Virus record (IMG/VR): IMGVR_UViG_2675903654_000001
Location: 1 to 5,832 of that record
DNA from: a virus
Lineage: Duplodnaviria; Heunggongvirae; Uroviricota; Caudoviricetes
Reading direction: 5' to 3' (one strand)
DNA length: 5,832 nucleotides
In this document: piece by piece, positions 1-5,743 of the stretch
Layout of the letters: every line of letters starts with the position of its first letter
Numbering within the stretch: position 1 is the stretch's first letter
Translations under genes and position numbers: made by a program
The notes under the pieces: generated by a model
Told to the model about the DNA's origin: nothing
What the model saw: only the letters and a program-made list of their open reading frames with translations
Databases searched by the model: none

Positions 1-5
1 CTGGG

Positions 6-662
6 TTATCGCTCGCCACGGGAATATCTACGGCAGCAAGCCAGTAATGGGTTAAGTGATAACAGGTGTCTGGAAATATAGGGGCAAATCCACTCCCTGA
101 TGCAGTTGTATGTCTTTAGTTTCAGTCGTTCTCTTGTAACTACTATTTTCGGTGCTCTTGTTGGTGTTACTGGATTTTGAGATATACGTCCTTCAACAAT
201 GGCCTCGCGGAACATATCAGATAACACAGAACGCATTGATCCTGCCATCGTGTTTTTCCCTCCTTCAATCCACAAATCAAGAAACTCGGCAATATGGCGA
301 GTGGTTATTTCTGTCAGTAAAACCCCTCCTAATTTTTCTTTTATTGTCTCCAGTTGATTTACCCGAATTTTATAAGTATTTCTGGACACTTTTCTCCTTA
401 TAAGAATCGTTTTGTAACGTTCAATCCAGTCTGCCATAGTAAATGAGTCGAACCCTTTTAGTTTTTCAATTAAGGCAGCAGGAGAGTAGTTTTTGTATAT
501 ATAATGATTTGCTTCAATTGCCTGCGCTACTGCATCTCTTCTTGAAATTTTACCTAGTGTAAATTCTTCTTTCGTCAGAGGGTTGCGCCAGTAATATGCT
601 TTGTCCCTCCTTCGATATGTTAAGTTTTTAGGCAAATTGGGATCGTATTTTTTCCGCTGCAT
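6..662 (-). CDS. intR: Phage integrase, lambda Int family, N-terminal fragment only (arm-binding and core-binding regions; premature stop, catalytic domain absent); probable truncated allele or pseudogene
   Basis: Minus-strand ORF, ATG at 662-660, TAA at 8-6, 218 codons. SD GGAGAAG lies 7 nt upstream of the ATG, inside the xis 3' end. Residues 1 to about 185 align with the N-terminal part of lambda Int as recalled from memory (LPxNL, YYxRxPxTxKEFxLG, AIxAN, WxxRYxxIL, ITTxxIA, EGK, RSxLSDxFREAIxEG, TRAxK). No tyrosine-recombinase catalytic region follows before the stop, and the other two minus frames at 1-120 show no integrase-like sequence. Symbol is by synteny with Rac. Confidence 0.8.
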   Translation of the reverse strand: MQRKKYDPNLPKNLTYRRRDKAYYWRNPLTKEEFTLGKISRRDAVAQAIEANHYIYKNYSPAALIEKLKGFDSFTMADWIERYKTILIRRKVSRNTYKIRVNQLETIKEKLGGVLLTEITTRHIAEFLDLWIEGGKNTMAGSMRSVLSDMFREAIVEGRISQNPVTPTRAPKIVVTRERLKLKTYNCIREWICPYISRHLLSLNPLLACCRRYSRGER

Positions 663-909
663 GTTTTAACTTCTCCAGTAACGGACTGTCTCTCCCTTGT
701 CGCCCATTAGGCTGATGGTGTGTTATATCGGTATCAACCTTATTTGGGTTGATATAGAAAGCTTCCGGAACCACCCTGTAACTCCTCCCGTGTAGTTCAG
801 GTGCAGGATAAATGTTTCCATTCCTTGCCCATCGTCTCAGCGTTGATATTGATGGTGGGTTATCCGGATATCTGAGTTTTCCCCACGTTTTGAGTGTCAC
901 AAGATTCAT
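628..909 (-). CDS. xisR: Excisionase (Xis/AlpA-like DNA-binding protein)
   Basis: Minus-strand ORF directly upstream of int, overlapping the int start by 35 nt as in lambda xis-int. Sequence MNLVTLKTWGKLRYPDNPPSISTLRRWARNGNIYPAPELHGRSY resembles excisionases. Start placed at ATG 909 because SD AGAGG is 7 nt upstream; the ORF-track ATG at 915 is only 1 nt from that SD. The length (93 aa) is longer than I expect for this family, so the 3' extent is uncertain. Confidence 0.7.
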   Translation of the reverse strand: MNLVTLKTWGKLRYPDNPPSISTLRRWARNGNIYPAPELHGRSYRVVPEAFYINPNKVDTDITHHQPNGRQGRDSPLLEKLKHAAEKIRSQFA

Positions 910-931
910 TGCCATACCTCTTACGATATGA

Positions 932-960
932 CCGCCAGTAAATATACAGAATACTGGCGG
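932..960. promoter_or_regulatory. Perfect 9-bp inverted repeat with 11-bp spacer upstream of xis (candidate protein-binding site or RNA stem-loop in the xis leader)
   Basis: CCGCCAGTA (932-940), spacer AATATACAGAA, TACTGGCGG (952-960). Lies about 15 nt upstream of the xis SD on the minus-strand mRNA. No U-run follows in either direction, so it is not a canonical intrinsic terminator. Confidence 0.3.
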
Positions 961-1015
961 GTGTGGTTGATTTTTAATAATCAGCTATGAAGTTATAATT
1001 TGTATATAATGCAAC

Positions 1016-1204
1016 TCACGAGGACAGAAGTTTCTCGCAATTAAAATTTATCAGCTTTACTTTCTGCTCTCTGGACACGCCTGCTTCTTTTTTCCCTGAG
1101 AGCATTTTTTCGCATTCTGATTTCGTTAATTTAGATTTTGAATATCTTGTCCAGTTAGTAGGAGTGCCACCTTCTTTTTCAATAGTGGCAGTTATTTTAT
1201 ACAT
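1016..1204 (-). CDS. ydaC: Small prophage protein of unknown function (YdaC-like)
   Basis: Minus-strand ORF between xis and ralR; stop TGA at 1018-1016. Start chosen at ATG 1204 (MYKITATIEKEGG...) because a strong SD GGAGGTG sits 5 nt upstream. This ATG overlaps the ralR stop (GTTCATGTATAA), suggesting translational coupling. In-frame alternatives at 1216 and 1276 lack an SD. Identity is by position and memory of Rac gene order; exact length uncertain. Confidence 0.55.
   Translation of the reverse strand: MYKITATIEKEGGTPTNWTRYSKSKLTKSECEKMLSGKKEAGVSREQKVKLINFNCEKLLSS
1017..1200 (+). ncRNA. Candidate cis-antisense small RNA opposite ydaC and the ralR 3' end (possibly the RalA antitoxin sRNA); boundaries approximate
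   Basis: Plus-strand consensus -10 hexamers TATAAT at 994-999 and 1005-1010 (weak -35) in the xis-ydaC gap. A weak terminator-like structure lies downstream: 6-bp stem TGCCAC/GTGGCA (1165-1170 / 1185-1190), 14-nt loop, then GTTATTTTAT (1191-1200). The implied RNA is about 180 nt. A roughly 179-nt RalA antisense antitoxin next to ralR in Rac is known, but I do not reliably recall which end of ralR it overlaps. Confidence 0.2.
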
Positions 1205-1403
1205 GAACACCTCCATTATTATTTCCAGTAGTTCGTTTATTCCATCTTTCGAGTGCTTCTTTTTCACTTCCACCATAGCCAGTTCGGGATTCGCATTCGT
1301 TGCATTTTGCCCGGTAATACCCTGAAATTGCTTTCACCGTAACAGATGGACAACCACAAAACGGACATGGTTTAACATCGTCATATCTCATAATTTTTGT
1401 CAT
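1197..1403 (-). CDS. ralR: Restriction-alleviation protein Lar/RalR (also described as the DNase toxin of the RalR/RalA type I toxin-antitoxin pair); Cys4 zinc-ribbon
   Basis: Minus-strand ORF; the protein ...MRYDDVKPCPFCGCPSVTVKAISGYYRAKCNECESRTGYGGSEKEALERWNKRTTGNNNGGVHV matches Rac RalR/Lar as I recall it, with CPFC and CNEC pairs. Stop TAA at 1199-1197. Start ambiguous: ATG 1403 (MTKIM..., weak GAGA 8 nt upstream) or ATG 1391 (MRYDD..., gives the 64 aa I recall for K-12 but has no SD). Confidence 0.85.
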   Translation of the reverse strand: MTKIMRYDDVKPCPFCGCPSVTVKAISGYYRAKCNECESRTGYGGSEKEALERWNKRTTGNNNGGVHV

Positions 1404-1419
1404 AAAAACTGTCTCACGT

Positions 1420-1440
1420 TGGCGGTGCATTACACCGCCA
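1420..1440. other. Stem-loop in the recT-ralR intergenic spacer
   Basis: TGGCGGTG (1420-1427), loop CATTA, CACCGCCA (1433-1440): 8-bp stem, 5-nt loop, between the recT stop (1448) and the ralR start. On the sense mRNA it sits just upstream of the ralR ribosome-binding region. Confidence 0.3.
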
Positions 1441-1447
1441 GGCTGAA

Positions 1448-2257
1448 TTATTCTTCTGAATTATCGATTACACTGTATTCCCCGGTTAATACAGAGGAGT
1501 CTGCCGGATCGATTGTCAGTGGTTCCTTTTCATCCATTGATACTGCACGCTGGATTTCAATTGAGACAGGCAGGTATTTAAACAGGCGACGAATAGCCGT
1601 TTTTTTTGCCATTTCTTCCCAGTGAGTTACCCATGGCCCGTTATTACCAGCCTTACTCTGGCTGCGCACCAGTTCAATCTGTTTGCGCGTCATAACTTCA
1701 AACTGAGTCCCTCCGTCTTTCAGTCTTGCGACAGCATAGACGTGGGTCACTGGTGCATCTTCGTTTTCTCCCGGGCGGTGTATTAACTTTTCATCAAGGC
1801 CAAATTCAAAACTAAACTCGTCACCTTCACGGACAACACGGGCTGACAGGCTGGCGATTTGACCAGAACGGCGAGCCAGATCAATCATGCCGCGATAACC
1901 AATGATTAGCTGAACGTTCTTTTTACCGCTCTTTTCGTTTTTATTACCAAAAGGCAGTAAATATGCGTGGCCGAGGGCGCTACCTGGCTCAAGGCCGAGC
2001 TGTGAACACTGAACGATCGCACTGACAAAACTCATGGTGTCACAGTTTCCTAGCGCCGGAACCTTACGAATTTCTGTGGTGGCGATACGTATCATTCGTT
2101 CAGCCGTCATATGGCGTGGGAGAGCTGCTGCCAGTTGCTCTTTCATTGATGGCTGATTAATAAAGCTGATCACGTCGTTATTTTTTACTGCTGCTGGTGC
2201 ACGGTTTCCCTGAGTTTTTTGCAGATCGGCTTTTGCGATTGGTGGTTGCTTAGTCAT
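1448..2257 (-). CDS. recT: RecT single-strand annealing protein (recombinase, RecT/Redbeta family)
   Basis: Minus-strand ORF, 269 aa from ATG 2257 to TAA 1450-1448. Protein [35 protein letters not shown]...[10 protein letters not shown] matches E. coli RecT as recalled. SD AAGGA is 8 nt upstream. The start overlaps the recE 3' end (GCAAATGACTAA). The ORF-track start at 2314 is a 19-codon upstream extension with no SD. Confidence 0.95.
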   Translation of the reverse strand: MTKQPPIAKADLQKTQGNRAPAAVKNNDVISFINQPSMKEQLAAALPRHMTAERMIRIATTEIRKVPALGNCDTMSFVSAIVQCSQLGLEPGSALGHAYLLPFGNKNEKSGKKNVQLIIGYRGMIDLARRSGQIASLSARVVREGDEFSFEFGLDEKLIHRPGENEDAPVTHVYAVARLKDGGTQFEVMTRKQIELVRSQSKAGNNGPWVTHWEEMAKKTAIRRLFKYLPVSIEIQRAVSMDEKEPLTIDPADSSVLTGEYSVIDNSEE

Positions 2258-4904
2258 TTGCATATTCCTTAGCCCAGCGGGGCAGTGATAACGTCTTAAT
2301 AGCTGGCCATTCATCGGTATTGAGGCAGTCAGCCAGGGTTCGCAGATTGCGGTGATATTCCAGCTGACCTGCCAGTTTTGCTTCTTCGCCCATCATGAAA
2401 ATTTCAACCGGATAACGTCCGCATTCAATAGTTGTGCTGGCAACCAGAAAAACGAAAGTTGGCTGCACTCCAAACTGTGCTTCATAACCGTCACTGTAGA
2501 ATGCATCCTGAACGTGATAGCGGTAGTCGTAATAAGCGGTTTTGAATCGTTGAATATCCGCCGTAGTTTTCACGTCCATGATCCAGTGAAATTCAGGGAT
2601 AATTTTGTCCGGACGGCACCGACACAAAATTCCTGTTTCAGGATCTTCCCAGTAAATTGATGATTCAGCGTGTCCGGCGCTTTCAACAAGCCATTGCCCC
2701 AGCGGCAAAGCCATAACGCTTTGATACATGAGTTCAATTTTCCGGCCTTCTTCCGCAGTGATAACCGTTTTTCCTGTGCTTGCGCATTCCATCAGAAACG
2801 CTTTCTCTTCTTCTTTTCCGGCGTTTGTACGGCGGTTAAATTCAGGTGCTACGATAAAGCGGTTACTGAATTCTTCCGGTTCAAGTACCCGGCAGTGGAA
2901 AGCGGTTCCTAAATCGAGCGTTTTTGTCTTTGTGGTGTCCACGGGGGCATTTTTACGCCACAAATACAGTGCCGGAGTATCAGCAATGTCGTCGAGCTGA
3001 GACTTACTGACACCGGGACCCGCGTGGTAATTCTCATTCGAAATTCCGTAATAAATACCTGGCTCTATGTCTTCTACGATTACGGGATCTGCGACTTCGC
3101 CAGTTTCATCACTGCAATCGCGATGCGGATCGCTGCCAGCATTCTCATTGTGCGGATGTTCAGCGCCTTCCATTTCCTCCGGATCATTTTCCTTAGCTTC
3201 AACCTGATTCTCTTCACCGAATGTTTCCTGGTATGTTGCGTCGCCCATCACCGCACCACAGTCAGGGCAGTTATCCCCGCCAGTCTGACCGCAGGCATTG
3301 CAGACTATTTCCGGTTCCTGTTGCACTACTGGCTCAGGTTGTTTCACATCCGGGCTGGTTTTTTCCGTTTCTGGCGTGTTTTGTTCCGTTTCTGGCTGGT
3401 TCTGGTACACAGAATCGCGAGTCTGGATCCCCTTAACCCATTTCGGATCGTTCGGGTCGCTAATTCCGTCAACAAATTCACCACGTGATGCAGCAAGCAA
3501 TTTATCGGCATCGACAGGATTTTTTGATGGAATGTTTTTCCGGGCTTCATGGAGTTCTGCCCGCAGTTTCTGATATTTCGCATCAACAGAATTTACCTGT
3601 GACTGAGCATCCAGCGGCTGCGTGTCCTGATGATGTTCAGTTGCGTCCGGTTCCATTGTTTCAGCCTCTCCCTGTTCATCTGCCGTTGTTCCAGTTGGTT
3701 GTGGTTTTTCTTCATCATCCTGTTTTCCTTCTTCTGTTACACGCTGCGGCATCGGGGCAGAGGAGCGACCGCAGGCAATATCCACGATTTCCGGATCAGG
3801 GTTGGCATGATCGGTTTCAGTCAGTACTTTGTTCAGATATTCAGTGACGTGCGCGGGGATGACCTCGATCCCAATTGGTGCTTCTTTCACGGACGCAACC
3901 ACGATGGCGCGTGAATAATCCAGCCCGCCAGGCATGGTGATGAATTTGTCGCGGAAAACAGAAAAGGGCGGTTTATTTTCAGCGATAATTTCCTCGACAC
4001 GTTTAGCGTGTGCCGGATGAAGGTTATAAATGTCCACGTCCATTGAACGAGCCAGTACGCCAGTGGCTACGTCGCGCGCCAGTGACGTCAGATCGTGAAC
4101 GAAACCTTCGCCGCGATCGGTGAGGTTCCCGCCGCCAGCATTAGCGCCGGAAGCCGTGCGCGTGATGCGTGAAACACGATTTCCTTTCATCCACTCTTTT
4201 GTCAGCAGACCACGATCGGTGTAGTCTGCGTCCAGGTATGCTTCGAAAAAAGCAGTCATCAGCCCCAGGCTTGAATTGCCTGGATTAGGGAAAACTCTGT
4301 CAGTATCACGCACCAGTTTGTGGAGATCGCGAATTTCCAGCGGGTCGAGCAGGCTGGTTTTGTGGGAAACAGCCAGGGCAGTAACAGCTGGTAGTTCTTC
4401 AGCTCGTGCAATGTGTAATGCCTGGAGTTTGTCGCGTGAAACGTGCGTTACCGGTTTTTCGCTGCCGTGTTGAGCAAGCCAGCGAATGGGCAGCTCCTGA
4501 CCGGAAATCGGGAGTAGCATATTCTCCTCAATCTCCGTCATGTCTTCGCCATTAACATTGGTATTGTCAGTGCTGGCTGGTTTGTCCTGCGCAGAGGATG
4601 AGGGCGCGATAAATACCATTGTGATGCCATCTTCCCCGCCTTTTTTGTAACGGTTGCAGAATTCCGTATCAAATACGCCTTCTGGTGGAAGGTCATCAAC
4701 AACGGGCAAATTGACGCGAACAGGTTTTTTAAAGTCATCTTCATCGTAGCCAGCATCGTCAATCGCAACAGCACCACGGGATATGGCAATGGATAATTTT
4801 TTCGCTTCAACCCAGTAGAAACCGCCTTTAATACCGAGACGTTTTCTTACTTTGTCATTTTTTGCTTCGTAATACAGTGGGTAAACTTGTTTATCGGTGC
4901 TCAT
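2250..4904 (-). CDS. recE: RecE exonuclease VIII (5'->3' dsDNA exonuclease; C-terminal PD-(D/E)xK-type nuclease domain, long acidic N-terminal region)
   Basis: Minus-strand ORF, 884 aa from ATG 4904 to TAA 2252-2250. SD GAGG is 9 nt upstream of the ATG; the ORF-track start at 4919 is a TTG five codons further up. C-terminal third (...[16 protein letters not shown]...[21 protein letters not shown]...[11 protein letters not shown]) matches the RecE nuclease domain as recalled, including a D-x-K motif in IMDVK. Forms the classic recE-recT overlapping pair. Confidence 0.93.
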   Translation of the reverse strand: MSTDKQVYPLYYEAKNDKVRKRLGIKGGFYWVEAKKLSIAISRGAVAIDDAGYDEDDFKKPVRVNLPVVDDLPPEGVFDTEFCNRYKKGGEDGITMVFIAPSSSAQDKPASTDNTNVNGEDMTEIEENMLLPISGQELPIRWLAQHGSEKPVTHVSRDKLQALHIARAEELPAVTALAVSHKTSLLDPLEIRDLHKLVRDTDRVFPNPGNSSLGLMTAFFEAYLDADYTDRGLLTKEWMKGNRVSRITRTASGANAGGGNLTDRGEGFVHDLTSLARDVATGVLARSMDVDIYNLHPAHAKRVEEIIAENKPPFSVFRDKFITMPGGLDYSRAIVVASVKEAPIGIEVIPAHVTEYLNKVLTETDHANPDPEIVDIACGRSSAPMPQRVTEEGKQDDEEKPQPTGTTADEQGEAETMEPDATEHHQDTQPLDAQSQVNSVDAKYQKLRAELHEARKNIPSKNPVDADKLLAASRGEFVDGISDPNDPKWVKGIQTRDSVYQNQPETEQNTPETEKTSPDVKQPEPVVQQEPEIVCNACGQTGGDNCPDCGAVMGDATYQETFGEENQVEAKENDPEEMEGAEHPHNENAGSDPHRDCSDETGEVADPVIVEDIEPGIYYGISNENYHAGPGVSKSQLDDIADTPALYLWRKNAPVDTTKTKTLDLGTAFHCRVLEPEEFSNRFIVAPEFNRRTNAGKEEEKAFLMECASTGKTVITAEEGRKIELMYQSVMALPLGQWLVESAGHAESSIYWEDPETGILCRCRPDKIIPEFHWIMDVKTTADIQRFKTAYYDYRYHVQDAFYSDGYEAQFGVQPTFVFLVASTTIECGRYPVEIFMMGEEAKLAGQLEYHRNLRTLADCLNTDEWPAIKTLSLPRWAKEYAND
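3363..3404. repeat. Imperfect 21-bp tandem duplication inside recE, encoding a repeated heptapeptide (QNQPETE / QNTPETE)
   Basis: Unit 1 at 3363-3383 (TTCCGTTTCTGGCGTGTTTTG) and unit 2 at 3384-3404 (TTCCGTTTCTGGCTGGTTCTG): first 13 nt identical, 17 of 21 overall. In frame, within the P/E/Q/T-rich linker of the RecE N-terminal region. Confidence 0.6.
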
Positions 4905-4973
4905 TGTTTTTAACCTCAACTCAGATTAAAATTACTGCGAGTGATGAATAAATGTCCCAGGTTCTTCACTCAG

Positions 4974-5004
4974 GCCTGCACAGTGTGCAGGCTTTCTTTT
5001 TTTT
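4974..5004 (+). terminator. Rho-independent terminator-like hairpin plus T-run, oriented for plus-strand (antisense) transcription, in the racC-recE intergenic region
   Basis: GCCTGCAC(a g t)GTGCAGGC is a perfect 8-bp GC-rich stem at 4974-4981 / 4985-4992, followed by TTTCTTTTTTTT (4993-5004). On the minus (sense) strand the hairpin is preceded by an A-run and not followed by a U-run, so it would terminate only plus-strand transcripts. Confidence 0.4.
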
Positions 5005-5010
5005 CAGATT

Positions 5011-5277
5011 TCACCCTTTGATTTCATTGCAATCAGAGTTGCCAGAAATTCGGCTTTTTTCTGCGGGCAGATTCTTTCCGATATGCACCAGGCACATTTT
5101 TTTGATGCCTTCGTTAAGTGTTTTAACGTTGCCTGATGGACCGTCGATATCAACCACAGTGAAAGGGGTTTCTTTATTTTCTGTTTTAATCACGTAGCCA
5201 ATACGCTTTCCTTCCAGGCTGACTTCGTGAACAATGTCATCAGTAGTAACAACAGTGGCTTCATAACTGGTAATCAT
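5011..5277 (-). CDS. racC: Rac prophage protein RacC (function unknown)
   Basis: Minus-strand ORF MITSYEATVVTTDDIVHEVSLEGKRIGYVIKTENKETPFTVVDIDGPSGNVKTLNEGIKKMCLVHIGKNLPAEK..., stop TGA at 5013-5011. Strong SD TAAGGAG is 7 nt upstream of ATG 5277. The ORF-track start at 5325 adds 16 codons with no SD. Sits immediately upstream of recE as racC does in Rac. Confidence 0.8.
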   Translation of the reverse strand: MITSYEATVVTTDDIVHEVSLEGKRIGYVIKTENKETPFTVVDIDGPSGNVKTLNEGIKKMCLVHIGKNLPAEKSRISGNSDCNEIKG

Positions 5278-5351
5278 GTTTTTCTCCTTAATTAAGGTTG
5301 AGCGAATCCCTGCCATTGCTGGCATAAATTCAGTTTCGGATAGTCAGTTAA

Positions 5352-5522
5352 TTAAAGTTCGTGTGCCATCTGGTCTTTTTCGGCACAGATTTCACTACAA
5401 TATTTTTTCATTTCCGTCGTTGGTATAACTCCACGCATGAAATGAAGTGGTCTTGTAATGATTTTGCTTTCTTCAATTTCTTTATTGCAAAGGTGATAAG
5501 CACATTTTATTTTCTTAGTCAT
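5352..5522 (-). CDS. ydaE: Small Cys4 (zinc-ribbon-like) prophage protein, YdaE-like, function unknown
   Basis: Not in the ORF track; found by manual translation of the minus strand: [56 protein letters not shown], 56 aa, ATG at 5522-5520, TAA at 5354-5352. SD GGAG is 8 nt upstream. The start overlaps the kilR stop (TGGTAATGACT). Two cysteine pairs (C-x4-C and C-x3-C). Position between kilR and racC fits ydaE. Confidence 0.7.
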   Translation of the reverse strand: MTKKIKCAYHLCNKEIEESKIITRPLHFMRGVIPTTEMKKYCSEICAEKDQMAHEL

Positions 5523-5743
5523 TACCATGACTCCGCCTTTACAGGTAAACCATCACGACCGAGGAAGACTCTAATCATGCAGTCAGAAATGCATGTTTTT
5601 GTAGTCAGGCTACGAATATAAAGTTTTCGCTTTTTAATATTGTTTGCCGAGGCGATATATGTCCGACCTTCATGAAGAACATAATCGCCAGGGGTCACAC
5701 ACTGACGTGGTATTTCATCAGTTCCGAAGTGATGAGCAATCAT
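5522..5743 (-). CDS. kilR: KilR, prophage-encoded cell-division (FtsZ) inhibitor
   Basis: Minus-strand [76 protein letters not shown], 73 aa, matching Rac KilR as recalled. SD GGAGA is 5 nt upstream of ATG 5743; the ORF-track ATG at 5755 has no SD. Stop TAA at 5524-5522. Confidence 0.85.
   Translation of the reverse strand: MIAHHFGTDEIPRQCVTPGDYVLHEGRTYIASANNIKKRKLYIRSLTTKTCISDCMIRVFLGRDGLPVKAESW

Noticed and set aside
1-120. Possible tRNA 3' end or att core at the left edge, where lambdoid prophages often end in a tRNA gene
   Set aside because: No cloverleaf-compatible sequence, no CCA-adjacent acceptor-stem pattern, and the region is in-frame integrase coding sequence; too little flank to find an att site.
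152-403. Plus-strand ORF (83 aa) inside the integrase region
   Set aside because: Antisense to a well-supported integrase ORF, hydrophobic low-complexity translation, no SD; typical antisense artefact.
916-1015. Intrinsic terminator for the minus-strand operon between ydaC and xis
   Set aside because: The 932-960 hairpin is not followed by a U-run on the minus-strand transcript, so it does not look like a sense-direction terminator; reported instead as a possible regulatory inverted repeat.
1419-1625. Plus-strand ORF (68 aa) overlapping the recT 3' end
   Set aside because: Antisense to recT with no SD or recognisable protein features. Kept in mind only as a possible alternative location for an antisense RNA, not as a protein gene.
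3344-3586. Minus-strand ORF (80 aa) nested out of frame within recE
   Set aside because: Alternative frame of the acidic recE linker giving a basic low-complexity peptide (…[12 protein letters not shown]); no SD, fully embedded in recE.
2352-3914. Cluster of plus-strand ORFs (2352-2660, 2670-2912, 2728-3000, 3024-3488, 3221-3436, 3298-3573, 3485-3847, 3630-3914) opposite recE
   Set aside because: All are antisense to recE, which matches a known protein end to end. The translations are F/L/R-rich low-complexity strings expected from the reverse complement of acidic codons. No SD motifs.
4276-4473. Plus-strand ORF (65 aa) opposite recE
   Set aside because: Antisense to recE, Ser/Arg-rich low-complexity translation, no start context.
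4538-4810. Minus-strand ORF (90 aa) nested out of frame in the recE 5' region
   Set aside because: Embedded in recE in another frame, with no SD and no recognisable features. The recE N-terminal ORF is continuous and SD-supported from 4904.
4905-4919. ORF-track upstream starts: recE (TTG 4919), recT (2314), ralR (1430), ydaC (1276), racC (5325), kilR (5755), xis (915)
   Set aside because: Each upstream start lacks a Shine-Dalgarno motif at a workable distance, while an internal ATG has one at 5-9 nt and gives lengths matching the known proteins (RecT 269 aa, KilR 73 aa). Extensions treated as read-through of upstream coding or spacer sequence.
4952-5197. Plus-strand ORF (81 aa) starting in the racC-recE spacer and running antisense through racC
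   Set aside because: It reads straight through the hairpin and T-run at 4974-5004 (hence the FFFF stretch) and is antisense to racC; more likely the region hosts an RNA element than a protein gene.
5361-5621. Plus-strand ORF (86 aa) opposite ydaE/kilR
   Set aside because: Antisense to two SD-supported minus-strand genes with a coupled stop/start; no SD, hydrophobic artefact-like translation.
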